Counted from the first letter of the stretch, positions 26,596 through 40,257 are shown. The stretch is DNA of 64,000 bases from Octopus sinensis (GCF_006345805.1 NC_042999.1:82584001-82648000), one strand, 5' to 3'. Numbers and translations are program-made. The notes: generated from the sequence alone by a model not told the origin.

Positions 26596-26740
26596 AGCAA
26601 CCTTATTACAGTTCTATATTTAAGAGATGAGGTATTATGTACATTATTTACATTATTTACAATTGACGGATATTTGTCCTCATCTTATTTGTTGTTAATA
26701 TCTGTCAATTGTAAATAATGTAAAGCAACCTTATTATAGT
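26596..26740. other. Small fold-back insertion: 26-bp inverted repeat flanked by 17-bp direct repeats
   Basis: IR 26649-26674 / 26697-26722 (1 mismatch); DR AGCAACCTTATTA(C/T)AGT at 26596-26612 and 26724-26740. Confidence 0.8.
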
Positions 26741-27269
26741 GTAAATTGTAAGCTCCAGCACAAGAGAATCTATCACAAACTCACGTTCGATTCCTCTGCA
26801 TACCTATTACCACTAATATGGGTTTTAACACGAAGCCAGCAATTTTAGAAGACGGTAGTTAGCTGATTGCATCGAAACAGTGATAAAGTGGTATTTAATT
26901 TCTCAACTCCGAAAGAATCAAAGGCAGACAATATCAAGCTTGTGAGCATTGAATTTCAGAAAATAAATGCCACTAAGGATTTTAGTCTGGTGCGCTAACG
27001 ATTTTGCCAGCTCACCATCTTATTTCCCCTAAAATCACTAACATAAAACATGAATTTTACACTTAGTACTGCTTAACCCATGAATCTATCTATCACTAGC
27101 TGCGGGAACTTCTGATTGGAAATCGACAGAGAAGCCTGTATGTAACCGCTCCACTTGTGAGAAAAAAAATTCACAACTTTATCACAACCCACATTTTACC
27201 ATCATACAAAACACAAGAGTTCCTTACTTAATTGTTTCTAAAGTTTGGAGCAAGACTAGCAGATTTTGT

Positions 27270-27680
27270 GGTAGGGGATAAGTCAATTACAGCAACTCCA
27301 GTGTTCAGCTGGTACTTTATTTTATCGGTTCAGAATGGAGAAAAGACAACGACGACCTCAGCAGAATTTGAACTCAGAGAATAAAGCCAGAAGAAATGGT
27401 ATTAAGCATTTTGTAAGGCATGCAAACGATTCGGCCAGCTCGCCGTTAAGACCGCATTAGATAATCTTTTCTACTATAGGCACAAGGCTTGAAATTTTGC
27501 GGGAGGGAACTAGACGATTACATCGGCCCCAGTGTTTCACTAGTACTTAATTTATCGACTCCGAAAGGATGAAAGGCAAAGTCGGCCTCCGCGGACTTTG
27601 AACTCAGAACATGAAGACGGACGAAATGCCGCTAAGTATTTTGCTCAGCGTGCTAACGATTCTGCCAGCTTGCCGTCTTG
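27270..27680 (-). mobile_element. Two tandem SINE family A copies; the second (27465-27680) has a 16-bp TSD
   Basis: TSD AGACCGCATTAGATAA at 27449-27464 and 27681-27696. Confidence 0.9.
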
Positions 27681-27869
27681 AGACCGCATTAGATAACACA
27701 ATACAAGATCTATGGTCAGAAAATAAAATGACCTGTACTCATGACTGGAATGTTTTGATCATCGGTTACCTTAATCAAGGTTGACATGAGGTCAAACAAC
27801 AACAAAAAAAGAGCTCTGATACGACTTCATTGAAAATACCAAACAAATTATCTTTCATGTATATTTCAG

Positions 27870-27898
27870 GATATATTGATGGGAATTCCCTGTATTCG
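27870..27898 (+). other. Candidate 29-nt micro-exon (unverified)
   Basis: tatttcag|GATATATTGATGGGAATTCCCTGTATTCG|gtaaag; two open frames (GYIDGNSLYS or DILMGIPCIR); could be chance. Confidence 0.2.
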
Positions 27899-29166
27899 GT
27901 AAAGTGAGGTAGGAGATAATGTTGGAATCGTTCTAACCTAAAACTTTATGATAACGAAACATATATCAGTTAAATTTTGCTAACTTCATTTGTGCCGAAT
28001 TTGGCAACATTGATAGCGGCAGTTAATAGCAGGTGCGAATGAAAGTGAGTAGATAAATTTTAACATTTCAAGATGGATTAAAATATGTGCGTGCATGTGT
28101 GTTTGTGTGTGTGCGTGTGTGCATTTTGGGTGTACAAACAGAAAGAAAAAAAAAAGAATATTTAACACATGTAAGAAACGAAACTTGAAACGCGGGATGG
28201 CGCCGACGAAGTAATTAACCAACTTCAGCCGATTATTTACATTTCAATATATTTATATACATCTAAACGCAGGTGTCTGTCTGAATGCAGAAATATACAT
28301 AGATAGATGTATACATATATATCATATATCATATATATATATATGCGAATTTTATATGACATCTATGTAGAGATATATATACATGTGTGTATACATATAT
28401 TTGTGTGTGCCTGTGAGTGTGTGTTTGTGTGTGCATAAATATGAATATACATATGTGCTTACATTCTGTGTAATTAGTATGAATGTTTGTGTGCGCATAC
28501 GTGTATTCAACTGCACATAGAGATGGGTGTGTTTCCGGTATATAAGTTTATATATAGAACGAGAAACGAACGATAACTTTATCTGACTGCACTGCTTTAC
28601 TAAACAAACGATAAAGTTAATACAAGTGTGTAAGGAGTGTGTTCGTGTGGGGGGGGGGTGCGTGTGTAGGGCGAGTACGCGCGTGTACGTGCGTGCGTGT
28701 GTGTGTATGTGTCTGCGTGTGTATGTGTGTGTGCGTGTGTGTGTGTGTTGGTTTTTTTTTAGGCATCAATATCGGTGATGAGAGAAAGACAGAAAGAAGC
28801 TGAGAGATATTGAGTTGCATATAAATACATATACAAATAAAAGGATGTATATTTCTATGCGGGCAGGGTTTATGTATTTGAAAATTTCCCCAGTGGGCCT
28901 TCTGTTGGCTACTATATTTAAGGTGGTGAGCCGAAAATAATTTTTAATCAATAGAAATGTATACTTGTATTTCTGACTATTTACATAGACACTTTCGAGG
29001 GGACGTAGTGGAACGCTTCTTTGCAATTGAGTACTACGCTTAAATGCACTTACATAATGCACACAAGCATAGACACAGACAGACTTGTCATATATATATA
29101 TATATATATATACATTAATATATATATATACATAGAGAGAGAGAGAGAAGGTGAGAGATATGAATG

Positions 29167-29215
<49 letters not shown>

Positions 29216-29890
29216 ATATATATATGTGTAGGTGACTGTGTATGTATGTATGTATGTTGGTGTGTATTCGTACATAAGCACACGTTTTTTATTAGTACAG
29301 ATAACAAATCGGGTCATCGGCCTTAGTAGGCTCAGCCAGTCTCATAGATATGTACGGTTAATGTTCGTCTTTGACTTTTATGTGTGTGGTGGGAATACAG
29401 GAGTCATTCCGCTTAGCGTAGGACAGATTGGGAGTGGTTTGGTGGGATATCTGTAGAAGGAGACACGGCAGAAATAATGAAGTCCGCGAGTTGAGAGGGT
29501 AGATGTGCTTTAACAGATTGCTATTTCAGAGAAATGGGGATCTTTGCAGTAGAGATAAATGGGAAAGTGTGTAACAGCGCGTGTGTGGTAATGTGTAGTT
29601 TATCCAATTGCCGAGCAGAATTGCTCAGGGTCGGTATTGCAGGGAAATTAACAGTCAAGTAAGTGGTCCAATATTTAATATAGTGAGGAAACATCCAATT
29701 TATTAATATTTTTGTGGTGAGAAGAAAGCAAGCCCAGCGTTTCATATTGGTAATTACTGGTGACAATTCTCAACATGTTTCTGCCTTATTAGACTCCCCT
29801 GTGAAACACAAACTTGTCTGTATTTACCAGATTAGTGATATGGTGATAAGAGAATCTCTATATTGGTATACAATAGTAAATTATAATATT

Positions 29891-30276
29891 ACGAGCAAAA
29901 CTCTCCCCCTCCGTCTAATGGACGGTACTGAGTTGTCAAACATTTAAACCAAATTTTCTCCAAACACCTTGTCAGACCGTCCCATAGGCCTCCCCTTTGA
30001 GAAAACCTGATTTAACCTAAATTTGAGACACCGGCAGAAGAAGAAATAAAGATAGACTCTTTTTCTATTCCAAGAAAAATGATTTTAGAAATGCACGTTC
30101 CCGCGGTTTTATCGATCGCATTCTCACCTGGAAGCGAATTTTGTAATATTTTCAAGACTTAAACACGCCCTGATACTATCGGTATCAACATGCTAAATTT
30201 TAGTGCAATCGGATGGAGGATGCCCGAGATCCTAGAGGACACACACAGACAGACAAAACGGATTTTATATAATAGA
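29891..30276 (+). mobile_element. Non-autonomous Helitron-type element, family 2, copy 2
   Basis: T|ACGAGCAAAAC start, hairpin CCGTC-TAATG-GACGG (29911-29925) and TTTTATATAATAGA|T end; collinear with 13443-13866. Confidence 0.7.
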
Positions 30277-30807
30277 TGATATAGCTACAATAATGTACAT
30301 GAACAAAGAATAAAAGGGTACGTTGGATAAGCTATCTTACATAACACTAGTGAGACGGGTATTGGTATTTGGTTTTTCTGTAACCATAAGTTTGCTCAGC
30401 TTGGGATGGCCCAGGGCTACAAAGTAATGACAGGAATGCAGAAGGAAAGCATATATGTAAATTGTATTGGAGTTGTTAAAAGAACATATGATGTGATGAC
30501 TTCGTTTAATGGGGGTTTCAAAGTACCTGGTCATGTTAGCAGTGAATGTATGCTGTAATGTGACAGAGTTAAGTGTAAACCATGTTTTTGCGTATTTAAG
30601 TATGAATCTTGGCTTCCAATGATTCTGTCGTTGAACGCTCAGTATAAATCTGGCACCGAAACTGAAAGGTTTCTCTCCAAAGTATAGACTCAGGCACTTT
30701 TATTTTTATTTTTATTTTTTTTTTTACTTTGAAAGAATCCTGCAGTTGCTCATATGCTTATACAGAGTGTCTTCCATTTCGTTCTCAAAGCCGCGAAATA
30801 TGAATAA

Positions 30808-31116
30808 AGTAAAGGTCCTCTTCAGTCAAGATATATCAGTGGGACTGCAGATAGAAAGTTCCCCTCCGAGGCACAAGTCTGGGCAAGTCACCCATACATA
30901 CCAGCCCCCACCGCCTCTCCACACCACCGAGGAAATGTAAAGGCCGATACAGTTTAGCACCAGTGACGTTGCAACTCACTTCTACAGCTGAGTGAACTGA
31001 GCAACGTGAATTAAAGTTTATTGTTCAAGAACACAACACACAGCTCGGTCCAGGAATCCAACTTACTACCTCATGATTATGAGCCCTACGCTCTAACCAG
31101 TGAGCCATGCGCCTTC
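30808..31116 (-). mobile_element. SINE family C
   Basis: Collinear with 20566-20873 (AGAAAGTTCCCCTC, AAAGGCCGATACAGTTT, CAAGAACACA, GCCATGCGCCTTC). Confidence 0.85.
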
Positions 31117-31559
31117 TCTACTCAGAAAATATAAAACCAGAATAAATAGCACAAGGTATTTTGGCCAATACTTTCACGAAACTACATGTATACCTGCGAA
31201 TAATGTACAGAACTCTGAATTTGGGAGACAACCAAAGCTTAGGGAGCAAAATCTAGAAAGTGGGTCGAAGAAAATAAGTATATGGGAACTGCAATGGAGC
31301 AGTTTGACCGGAAATTTCCAGTCTCAAAGCTGAGAGACTTAACTTGGAAGTTCTCATGTCAGATGCAGTCAAATGCTATATTGATGTCAAGGATAACAGC
31401 ATTACGTAACGCTATAATTATACAATCAAGTTTAGAACTGAACATTTTTTTGTATTTTACTTTGTGATATACACCATTTCAAAACCACATATGCGTGTAT
31501 GTGTGTACATATAAATATGCATATACACCAATGTATATAAATATATATGCACACACATA

Positions 31560-31641
31560 CACACACGCATATATATGTACATATATATATATGTATGGGT
31601 AATATATATATATCTGTATATATATACATATATATAGATAT

Positions 31642-31733
<92 letters not shown>

Positions 31734-31737
31734 TATG

Positions 31738-31800
<63 letters not shown>

Positions 31801-31826
31801 ATTATATATATATATATATATAGATA

Positions 31827-31874
<48 letters not shown>

Positions 31875-31900
31875 GTATATATATATCCAGCATATGTACA
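31560..31900. repeat. Long interrupted (TA)n tract
   Basis: Seen directly. Confidence 0.95.
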
Positions 31901-32829
31901 ATGTGTGCGCATGCAAGTATTTCCATGTATATACGAACATATATGTGTTTGTATATATATATAGATAGGTAGATTATAAGCAGATATTTATCTAGTCAAA
32001 CACATTTCTACAGATACAATGTATATACACGCCAGGTCTATTTATATTAATTGACGTACATTTCTATTATATATGTGTGTGTGTATGTATGCATGTATGT
32101 ATTACGTATGTATATACATATGTATATATTATGTATGTAAAAACACGCATTCATGCATTCAAATATCTATGCATGCATACACACATTTACATATCTAAGC
32201 TCTTCTCTTTTTTTTTCTTTTTAAAATTCTTTTTGATTACTTTAACTGAAAATTTTCACTGATAAAACTGCTAACCAGAAACAGAATATCCATTTGCAGT
32301 AAGATATGTTTCAGGAAACCTCTTTTACTTTTATTTCTATCTTACATTATATATTGATAGGAGAACTTCTGATTAGTATTGCTCAAGCGGTAGCCAAATA
32401 TAGGACCGAGCAGGTGTTTAGATATTTCCAGATAATATGTACATTACTGATGGGAAACAGTAAGCAGAATTTTCCAGAGACTTCTTTCTTCATTTATTCA
32501 TTTATTTATCATATATTTATCTTCATAATAATTTTTATGCTTCTTCTTGTTGTGAAACTTCGATTTTCCCTGCTTTTTGTTTTCTTTTTTCTAAATTTAT
32601 TGATTTATTTAAATAAGGTTTTAAAATAAGAAAAGATACTCGCATAACAAGTTTGTTAGTTGATATGTGTGCGTGTGTGTAATTTATTTCAATTGAATGA
32701 TGAGAAGATTGTGGTTTCGAAATACAAATATTAATAATAAAAATTCTTTCTAGTTTTATACACAAGACCAGCAAAACTGAAGAGGGGAGGTTAGTCGATA
32801 ACATCGAGCTCAGTATTTGACTGGTACTA

Positions 32830-33052
32830 TACGAAGGGGTGCTGAAAAGTTCCTGGCTCTGCGAAAGGCTAGTTAGAGGCCCAACGTTCCGAGTTCTGTA
32901 GCAGCGCTTAGAAAACCTGAAGGACCACTGCAATAAGTGTGTGAATTTGAGAGAGGAATATGTTGAATAAAATTATGATTAACTGATCGTTCTGTATTTG
33001 ATTTTCTTTTTTCTGTTACCCAAAGCCAGGAATTTTTTAGCAACCCCTCCTA
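32830..33052 (+). mobile_element. Mariner-derived MITE, copy 2
   Basis: TA|CGAAGGGGTGCTGAAAAGTTCCTGGCT..AAAGCCAGGAATTTTTTAGCAACCCCTCC|TA; interior encodes LKDHCNKCVNLREEYVE*. Confidence 0.85.
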
Positions 33053-33374
33053 TATTATCAGTCGCAAATGGACAAAAGCAAAGTTTACATCACCGGAATT
33101 TGAAGTCAAATGATACAAAGTTGTAATTAAATATCACAGAGGAATTCTGTCTAACGATTCTAACTAATCTACCACCTTTAAGTAATTTTTTTAAAAATTT
33201 AGACGCACAACCAATAGATTTGAAGAGGTGTGGGCTAGTTGATATCGACATCAGTACATGACTGGTATTTTATTTTTCAACAGAGAACGCAAAGAATCAG
33301 AACCTATACCGCAAATAATTTTCTATGAAGCTCTAATGGATCGAACAATCCACCGACTTAAATATGAATATTAT

Positions 33375-33595
33375 TAATAATTTCTTTTGCTATAGGCACA
33401 AGGCCTAAATTTGTTGTGTAGGAAGCTAGTCGATTACATCGACTCCACTGCTCAGTTGGTATTTTATTGATCCTGAAAGGGATAAAAGGTGAAGTCGAAC
33501 TTGAAGAAATTTAAACTCAAAATGTAAAGATGGAAGAAGTGCTGCTAAGCATTTTGTCCTGCGTACCAACGATTCTGCCAGCTTGACTACCTTAT
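33375..33595 (-). mobile_element. SINE family A (A1 tail)
   Basis: CTATAGGCACAAGGCCT..GTCGATTACATCGAC..GATTCTGCCAGCTT. Confidence 0.85.
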
Positions 33596-34094
33596 CCCCC
33601 AAAGAACATATTGTTGCTTTTATGCAAAAGTGTCGTAATTTCAAAACGTTGCTTTTACAGAGAACGAAAAAATAGTTTCACCGTTCCATTTCATTTTACA
33701 TTAGCAACAGTTTCAGCTTAGCAATAATACTTTGTTGGCTGCATAAAATCGTAACTCCATCCATGTATGATATTTTCAGTCAGAAATGCTTTTGCAAAAT
33801 GTTGTATGTGGGTCTTACTACACTTTTGAAAAATGCTAAATCGTTGTACTACACTTTGGCAATTTTCATATCTTGGCATCTGAAGTAGCTGGAGATACGA
33901 TAGTTTGACCAAAAGAACTGGCTATTGCAAGCAAAATTATAAGTTGAAAAAAAAAACGCATTTGGCCAAATTTGCATATACGATATTTTAACATAATAGA
34001 ACGATATACATATTAATAATCCTTTCTACCATAGACACAAGGTCTGAAATTTTGGTGGGTAAAATGCTACCTTATAAATATTTTTTATAACTGT

Positions 34095-34690
34095 TTCCAA
34101 CAGAGATCCAAAGTGCAGATTCTACAATGATAAGATTGAAACAGTGGATCACGTAATTTCTGCAGGCAAAGTTTTAGCACCAGTAGAGTGCTAAATCGAG
34201 ACAGGGGAGAGTTGGCCAATATCGACATTGCTTACTACATCGGCATTATAAAACAAAAACTGTTGAGAAATGATAGAAACATCACCCTGAGTCTGTAACT
34301 GAGGGAGTAATTGTAACGATTATTTAAAAGTTTCTTGTACAAATAGACAGAATCATCAAAGCTAATAAATTGGATATTGCTGTAAAAGACCGAAACGATA
34401 GTTTTTTTTTTTATTATTAATTGACATGAGTATCCTTTGTGATCATAATAGTGCAGCAAGCTCAGAATCTGACAAGCTAAAATAATATAAAGGTTTATTC
34501 ATTGAAATCGAAACAATGGAGCACTTCAATTCGATTACAATACCAGAGATTGCAAGAGCACTAAGAATGGTCAAAAAGCAACTGAACATTATTTGAGAAT
34601 GATCCATGGCCTAATATCCCTGCAAGAAGAGCACAAAATTGTTTTAACTGGTACTTCACACGTATTGGGAAGAGCGTTGTCGTTGTCGAT
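34095..34690 (+). mobile_element. RLE-type (R4/Dong-like) LINE C-terminus: zinc knuckle and PD..D endonuclease, decayed
   Basis: DPKCRFYNDKIETVDHVIS, KHHPESVTE, QIDRIIKANKLDIAVKD, LLIDMSI, DKLK*YKGLFIEIE, ALRMVKK and KIVLTGTSHVL. Confidence 0.85.
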
Positions 34691-34909
34691 CGATGTAAAT
34701 AATAATTTTTTTCTATAACTTTATTTGATTTTCTAAATAAGCAATCCGGTGTGTTTATTTTATTGGCGTATCAATGCATGCAGTGAGTTTCTTCATCTTA
34801 GGTGTCGGGTAGGCACTCGGTAAGAAGAGGAAGCAAAAGTGAAGGAACAATAACACTCTCTTTCAATTTCAGAAAATTTAGTTTTGCCATTGTGAATTGT
34901 ACGCATACT

Positions 34910-34910
34910 T

Positions 34911-35009
<99 letters not shown>

Positions 35010-35020
35010 TATAGATAGAT
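34910..35020. repeat. (GATA)n
   Basis: Seen directly. Confidence 0.95.
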
Positions 35021-35249
35021 AGAAGTTTGTATGTATATGTTTTTGTTTGTCTTATTTTTTTTTCATGTATGTTATATAACTGCAGAATTCTTGATTTCTT
35101 TCAAACAGAGATGTAAGCGTTTGAAACTAAATCATGCATTATATTCAAATGTTAAAAAAAGTTTCTTTCTTGTAAAAAAAATAATAATCAAGGCTCCTAG
35201 CATTATTATTATTTTGTAACTTCTTTGTTGGTTTTTCTTTTCTTTTTCA

Positions 35250-35880
35250 TTTTTTGCCTTCTTTCTATTTTTCATTATGCTGTCAGCTAAATTTTCAATA
35301 ATACAAGCTCTAATTTGCTCCATTCTTTTTGAACTGCCATAAACACAATATACATGCTTCTAAGAGATATTGAATTTAGTTTTGCCTTAATGACGCTCCA
35401 TAAATTTTCAATGCAGTTCAGACTGTTTCGGTCAACCAAAACTCAATTACATGAATTTGAAGAAACATTTTTACTATCTTGGCAGTTGAGTGAATGCTTT
35501 TTTTTTTCATATGACTATATTATGACCGTGAGTAAACTGTTTCATACAAAGGACAAGATACTTTTATAAAATTTCAATTCCTTCCTTATAATATCATGCA
35601 GTGACAATTCCATTAGTGAAGCATTTACACCACATTGTACGTCCAGTTTTTGTTTATATTTTTTCTCGAATCTAAGCAATATTTTATGAATTTTAATTCA
35701 GTTTTTCTCGTATTTTTTCTCGTACTAATATGAAGGTCATCTGGAATGAAGGAAGACTCCATTTGTTCATCAAAGATAGCATCATGAAAGAAATTAGGAG
35801 TCCTTACTTAGATATTCTTCTTTCACCACAGCATCACCAGCAAGAAAATCTTCACGAAAGCATGATATTTCTTTTGGTAA
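35250..35880 (-). mobile_element. Decayed Tc1-like transposase remnant
   Basis: LNCIENLWSVIKAKL (SPDLNPIENLW motif), AVQKEWSKL and AIFDEQ. Confidence 0.6.
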
Positions 35881-36208
35881 TATAGTCTACAATCTATCCC
35901 TCATCTCAAAATTGCAACATAGACTTGTGTTTCGCACTGGTCACTACCAATTTTATGGTACTCTCCTACTAAATTTACTCTCTTATTTGTCACTCTTCAA
36001 ATAAGAAAGTTCTATAATTTTCTACTACTTGTTTGACTTTAATTCTGGATCGAGGAATGGTTGAGTGATTAAGAATTTCCCTTTACAGCATGAGGTTTAA
36101 AGCTCGATCCCACAAAGTAACATCTGAGGCAAGTGCTTCTAATCATAGACCAATTCCTTAGTCTGAAACAGTCTAGATGTTGTCGTCTGATTATATCTGT
36201 AATTCAAG

Positions 36209-36662
36209 TATTCCAGCAGTTTAATCAACTGAACTGCCTACTCGTTTCACAAAACCTTGTACTCAGTGTAATTTATAGATATATTTATTTCTTTATTGCC
36301 CACAGGGGGCTAAACACAGAGGGAACAAACAAGGACAGACAAAGGGATTAAGTCTATTACATCGACCCCAGTGTGTAACTGGTACTTATTTAACCGACTA
36401 CGAAAGGATGAAAGGCAAAGTCGACCTCGGCGGAATTTGAACTCAGAACGTAACGGCGGACGAAATACAGCAAAGCATTTCGCCCGGCGTGCTAACGTTT
36501 CTGCCAACTCGCCGTGTAATCTATAGATATAACTCATGGAACAGAGAGGGATGTGACATGTCACATCCCACTCTGTTCCCTGGGCTATATCTATAGATTA
36601 CACTAAGAGTACAAGGTTTTGTGAAACGAGTTGGCAGTTCAGTTGATTAAACTGCTGGAATA
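36209..36662. mobile_element. Near-perfect loopless palindrome (~205 bp before SINE insertion), MITE/fold-back-like
   Basis: Left arm 36209-36283 and 36514-36558 mirror 36559-36662; the central 22 bp GGGATGTGACATGTCACATCCC are a perfect palindrome. Confidence 0.85.
36284..36513 (-). mobile_element. SINE family A (A2 tail), near full length, with an 18-bp TSD
   Basis: TSD GTGTAAT(T/C)TATAGATATA at 36266-36283 and 36514-36531. Confidence 0.95.
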
Positions 36663-37176
36663 TTCCTTATTTAAAATGACAGGGATCCGTCTCTTACTGA
36701 TTTCACACTGCACACATAACAAACTGCCTCCCTCTCTTAAGCTTTAACATTTCCTTTACCATTTACACTTGACTCGTAACTGCATAAATACATTCGCCAA
36801 GTCCAAAATATCCTCTGATTAATCAAAACCCCGCGCATTTGCTAGAACCACTCTTTCTTTTCATTTGAAAGAGATCTATCATCGTTTATAGACTCGGGCA
36901 GAAATATATTTCATAGCAAGAAGAATAAGATCCCTGCCTCAGCTAATTGTTAACTATTTACCTTCACTATAATTCAGGCCGTCGTTAGCAGCCATTTTTA
37001 AGTCTCTCTACTCAATAACCACGTGTGTTGTTCCTCTGAACACGAAAGCTGCATTCTTTCCTTAGCCAGATTCCTCACAACTTATCTTTCATTCTCTCAT
37101 CAACCCTGGTATTTCTTACCTCGTTGTTTCCACAATAATTAATTCCCCCATCGCTCTTTTTTATATACCATATACC

Positions 37177-37409
37177 TATTTCTTTACTACCCACAAGGAG
37201 CTAAACACAGAGGGGACAAACAAGGACAGACAATCGGATTAAGTCGATTACATCGACCCCAGTGCGTAACTGGTACTTAATTCATCGACCCCGAAAGGAT
37301 GAAAGGCAAAGTCGACCTCGGCGGAATTTGAACTCAGAACGTAGCGACAGACGAAATACCGCTAAGCATTTCGTCCGGCGTGCTAACGTTTCTGCCAGTT
37401 CGCCGCCTT
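37177..37409 (-). mobile_element. SINE family A (A2 tail), full length
   Basis: TATTTCTTTACTACCCACAAGG..CGCCGCCTT; possible degenerate TSD TACCATATACC / TACCATTTACG. Confidence 0.95.
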
Positions 37410-38429
37410 TACCATTTACGCCTTCCTTAGGGACGTCGGTGTACAATTTCAGCCGTTCAAATATTCAAAGCGAACATCATTCGCATCAGTCTCAAATTGG
37501 TAAAGGGCTGTAAACAGCTTGGAGAATGCTCTTCATCCACCTCCCCTTCATCAGTATCCTCATCCGCAGACTAACTAATTAAAAACAATCTCTCTCCTGT
37601 TATCTTCTTTGTTTTCGAAAAGTAGCCCTTGCGGTCACAAATTCCAATGAAAGTTCCGGAATCCTTTCAGGAATTTTCTGCTTCCGTATGAATATATTTT
37701 TAGGAAATATTGTTAGGAAATTCTTCGATACAGAAACGATGGTTTTCTCACGGCAAGTTTTTGGTGAGATTTCTCTTATCTCTTCAACTGCCGGGCACAT
37801 TTCATTCGCTGATAAAGCTCTCTCATTATATCCAGGGATTATTCTAAACGAAAGGCCATAAAAGAAAAGAATTAGCCATGTTTTATTTTTCGGATATTCA
37901 GCTTTTTCTTATTTAAAGTGCTTAAAGTTTATGACCTTCCACGTAAGGTGAAAGAACCGTGTGCTCCTTAGAAAATACAAATATTCATTTTCACAAGTGA
38001 AACATAAATAAACAGATACGTGAATCATCTAATTACGTTAAGAGAAAATATTAAGAAAAACTTAATGAAAACAAAATAAAGAGCAAAATCGCTACAAATA
38101 TCGAAAAGAAATCAGGATTGTGGTTGAAAATTGGAAATTAAGATGGGAAAAAAGTAATCCGCTTTTTATTTTTTTAATTCTCAACACAAAATGCAGTGAT
38201 TACAGTAATTATATAATAACAGGGATCCGTAGCTTGTTCGGTAATTTTTGCAATTTTAATCAAATTATTTCGCTATGAGATGTTTCATCGAGTTATTTGA
38301 TTGAGTGCACATACCGCACACGTTATACATACATACATACATACATACATACATACATACATACATACACTATCTCCAAATAGTGTACCTATGCGCATAA
38401 ACATGCAAAAATACCCAGTTGATATTCAA

Positions 38430-38520
38430 ATTTCAATGAATGAGCCTTGGATCTAGATTAGAAACTAGCTATTTCTCTGTTGGCAAGAAATCTTTAAATA
38501 AAACTGAATACTGACATACA
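38430..38520 (-). mobile_element. ~90-bp interspersed repeat associated with (TATG)n; further copies (+) at ~39808-39897, ~40180-40258 and ~41349-41440
   Basis: Shared core TTCAAGATTTCTTGCCAA(C/T)AGAGAAAGAGCCGGTTTCTAA..TAGATCCAAGGCTCCTTCATTGGAATTT. Confidence 0.75.
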
Positions 38521-38560
38521 TACATGCACACATACATACATACATACATACATACATACA

Positions 38561-38591
<31 letters not shown>

Positions 38592-38659
38592 GTATGTGCC
38601 TATATATTCTTGTATATATACGTGTATGTGTGTGTGCGTGTGTACATATGTATATACAC

Positions 38660-38699
<40 letters not shown>

Positions 38700-38827
38700 A
38701 AGTGATACGCACGAAACCTCGAAACTATATGTATATATATATATATATATAATATATATACAGGCACCTGTGGGTGCGTGTATGGTCATATGCATAAATT
38801 ATTATTATCATTATTATTATTATTATG

Positions 38828-39050
38828 AAGGTGGATAGCTGGAAGAATCGTTTGCACACCAGGTAAGATGCTTAGCGGCACTTTGTCCATCTTTTCGTTC
38901 TGAGTTCAACTTCCACCGTGGTCGACTTTGTTTCTCATCATTTCGAGGTCAATAAATTAAGTACCAGTCATGTACAGGGGAGAGGGGGTCGATGTAATCG
39001 ACTAGTCCCCTCCCCAAAAATTTCAGGCCACGTATCATTAGTAGAAAAGA
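38828..39050 (+). mobile_element. SINE family A (A1 tail), preceded by (ATT)n
   Basis: AAGGTGGATAGCTGG head, GAGTTCAACTTCC, GTCGATGTAATCGAC and TAGTAGAAAAG tail. Confidence 0.85.
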
Positions 39051-39728
39051 TAATTATTGTTATCATTACTGAGTTCAAATGTCGTTTTAGGTCAATGTAA
39101 TCGATTTCTCCCTCCACGAAATAACTAGTCCATATACCTATAGTAAACACAATTGTTGTTGATGATGATGATGATGTTGTTGTTGTTGATGATGATGATG
39201 ATGATGATGATGCTTGCGTTACTGTTGCTGATGTTGTTAGTCAAGTAGTTGCAGTGATTCAGACCCTGCAGTTTCGTATTAATGCCTTTCTAGCAAGAAA
39301 TAAAATGCTGACAGCCAGTCTATATTTCGCTCGCACTATCGAGCCTCCAAGTAAAATATCCAAAAATACTGTTGCAGATACAGCATATTCGAATGCAAAA
39401 AATATATACAACATTTAATATTTTTATTACTTATTTCTTTCCTGTGTGAGGGTGTGTGTATAAACACGAGATCAGAAAATATGTATTAGCACATAGGAAA
39501 TTTACGCGTGTATGTATGTGATTCCACATATGAATATATAGTTTGAATCCATATCTGCAGAGAGGATATATGTATACAAATGTTATTATGTGGTTTTCCT
39601 GTGGGTAATGGAGGAAAATGCTTACTGTATGCGTATTTCTGCTAGTGCATCTGTACGTGGCTTAACAACTAGACGACGAGCCTTCTCAATGAACGTGTGT
39701 GTGTGTGCGTGTCTGTGTGTGTGCGTGT

Positions 39729-39760
<32 letters not shown>

Positions 39761-40257
39761 TTGTCTGTGTGTACGTATGTGTGTGTGTCATTAATTCATT
39801 ATGATATCAAGATTACTTGCCAATAGAAAAAGAGCCGGTTTCTAAACTAGGTCCAAGGCTCTTTCATCGGAATTTCAACATCAACAAAGTATATATTTAT
39901 GTATGTATGTATGTATGTATGTATGTATGTATGTATGTATGTATGTATGTGTGTGTGCGCGTATGTATGTATACATGTATATATATATGTATGTGCAGAT
40001 TTGTATGTTTTATGTATGTATTCTCATGCATATAGTTGAATATCGATACATACTCATATATATTTAAATGATAAACTTCTGGAAAGTTTTACAGATTTTT
40101 ACAGTTCCAGTTATAGATTGGATTTGTAGATACAGATACATACATATCTGACAAATGTTTGTCATTGTTCAGTTTTACTTCAAGATTTCTTGCCAACAGA
40201 GAAAGAGCCGGTTTCTAAACTAGATCCGATCCAAGGCTCCTTCATTGGAATTTCATA

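Noticed and set aside
29300-29880. Possible second ORF1-like remnant
   Set aside because: Too decayed; no clear knuckle or other motif.
37520-37870. Possible piggyBac-like acidic N-terminus
   Set aside because: No TTAA-bounded TIR or catalytic motif found.
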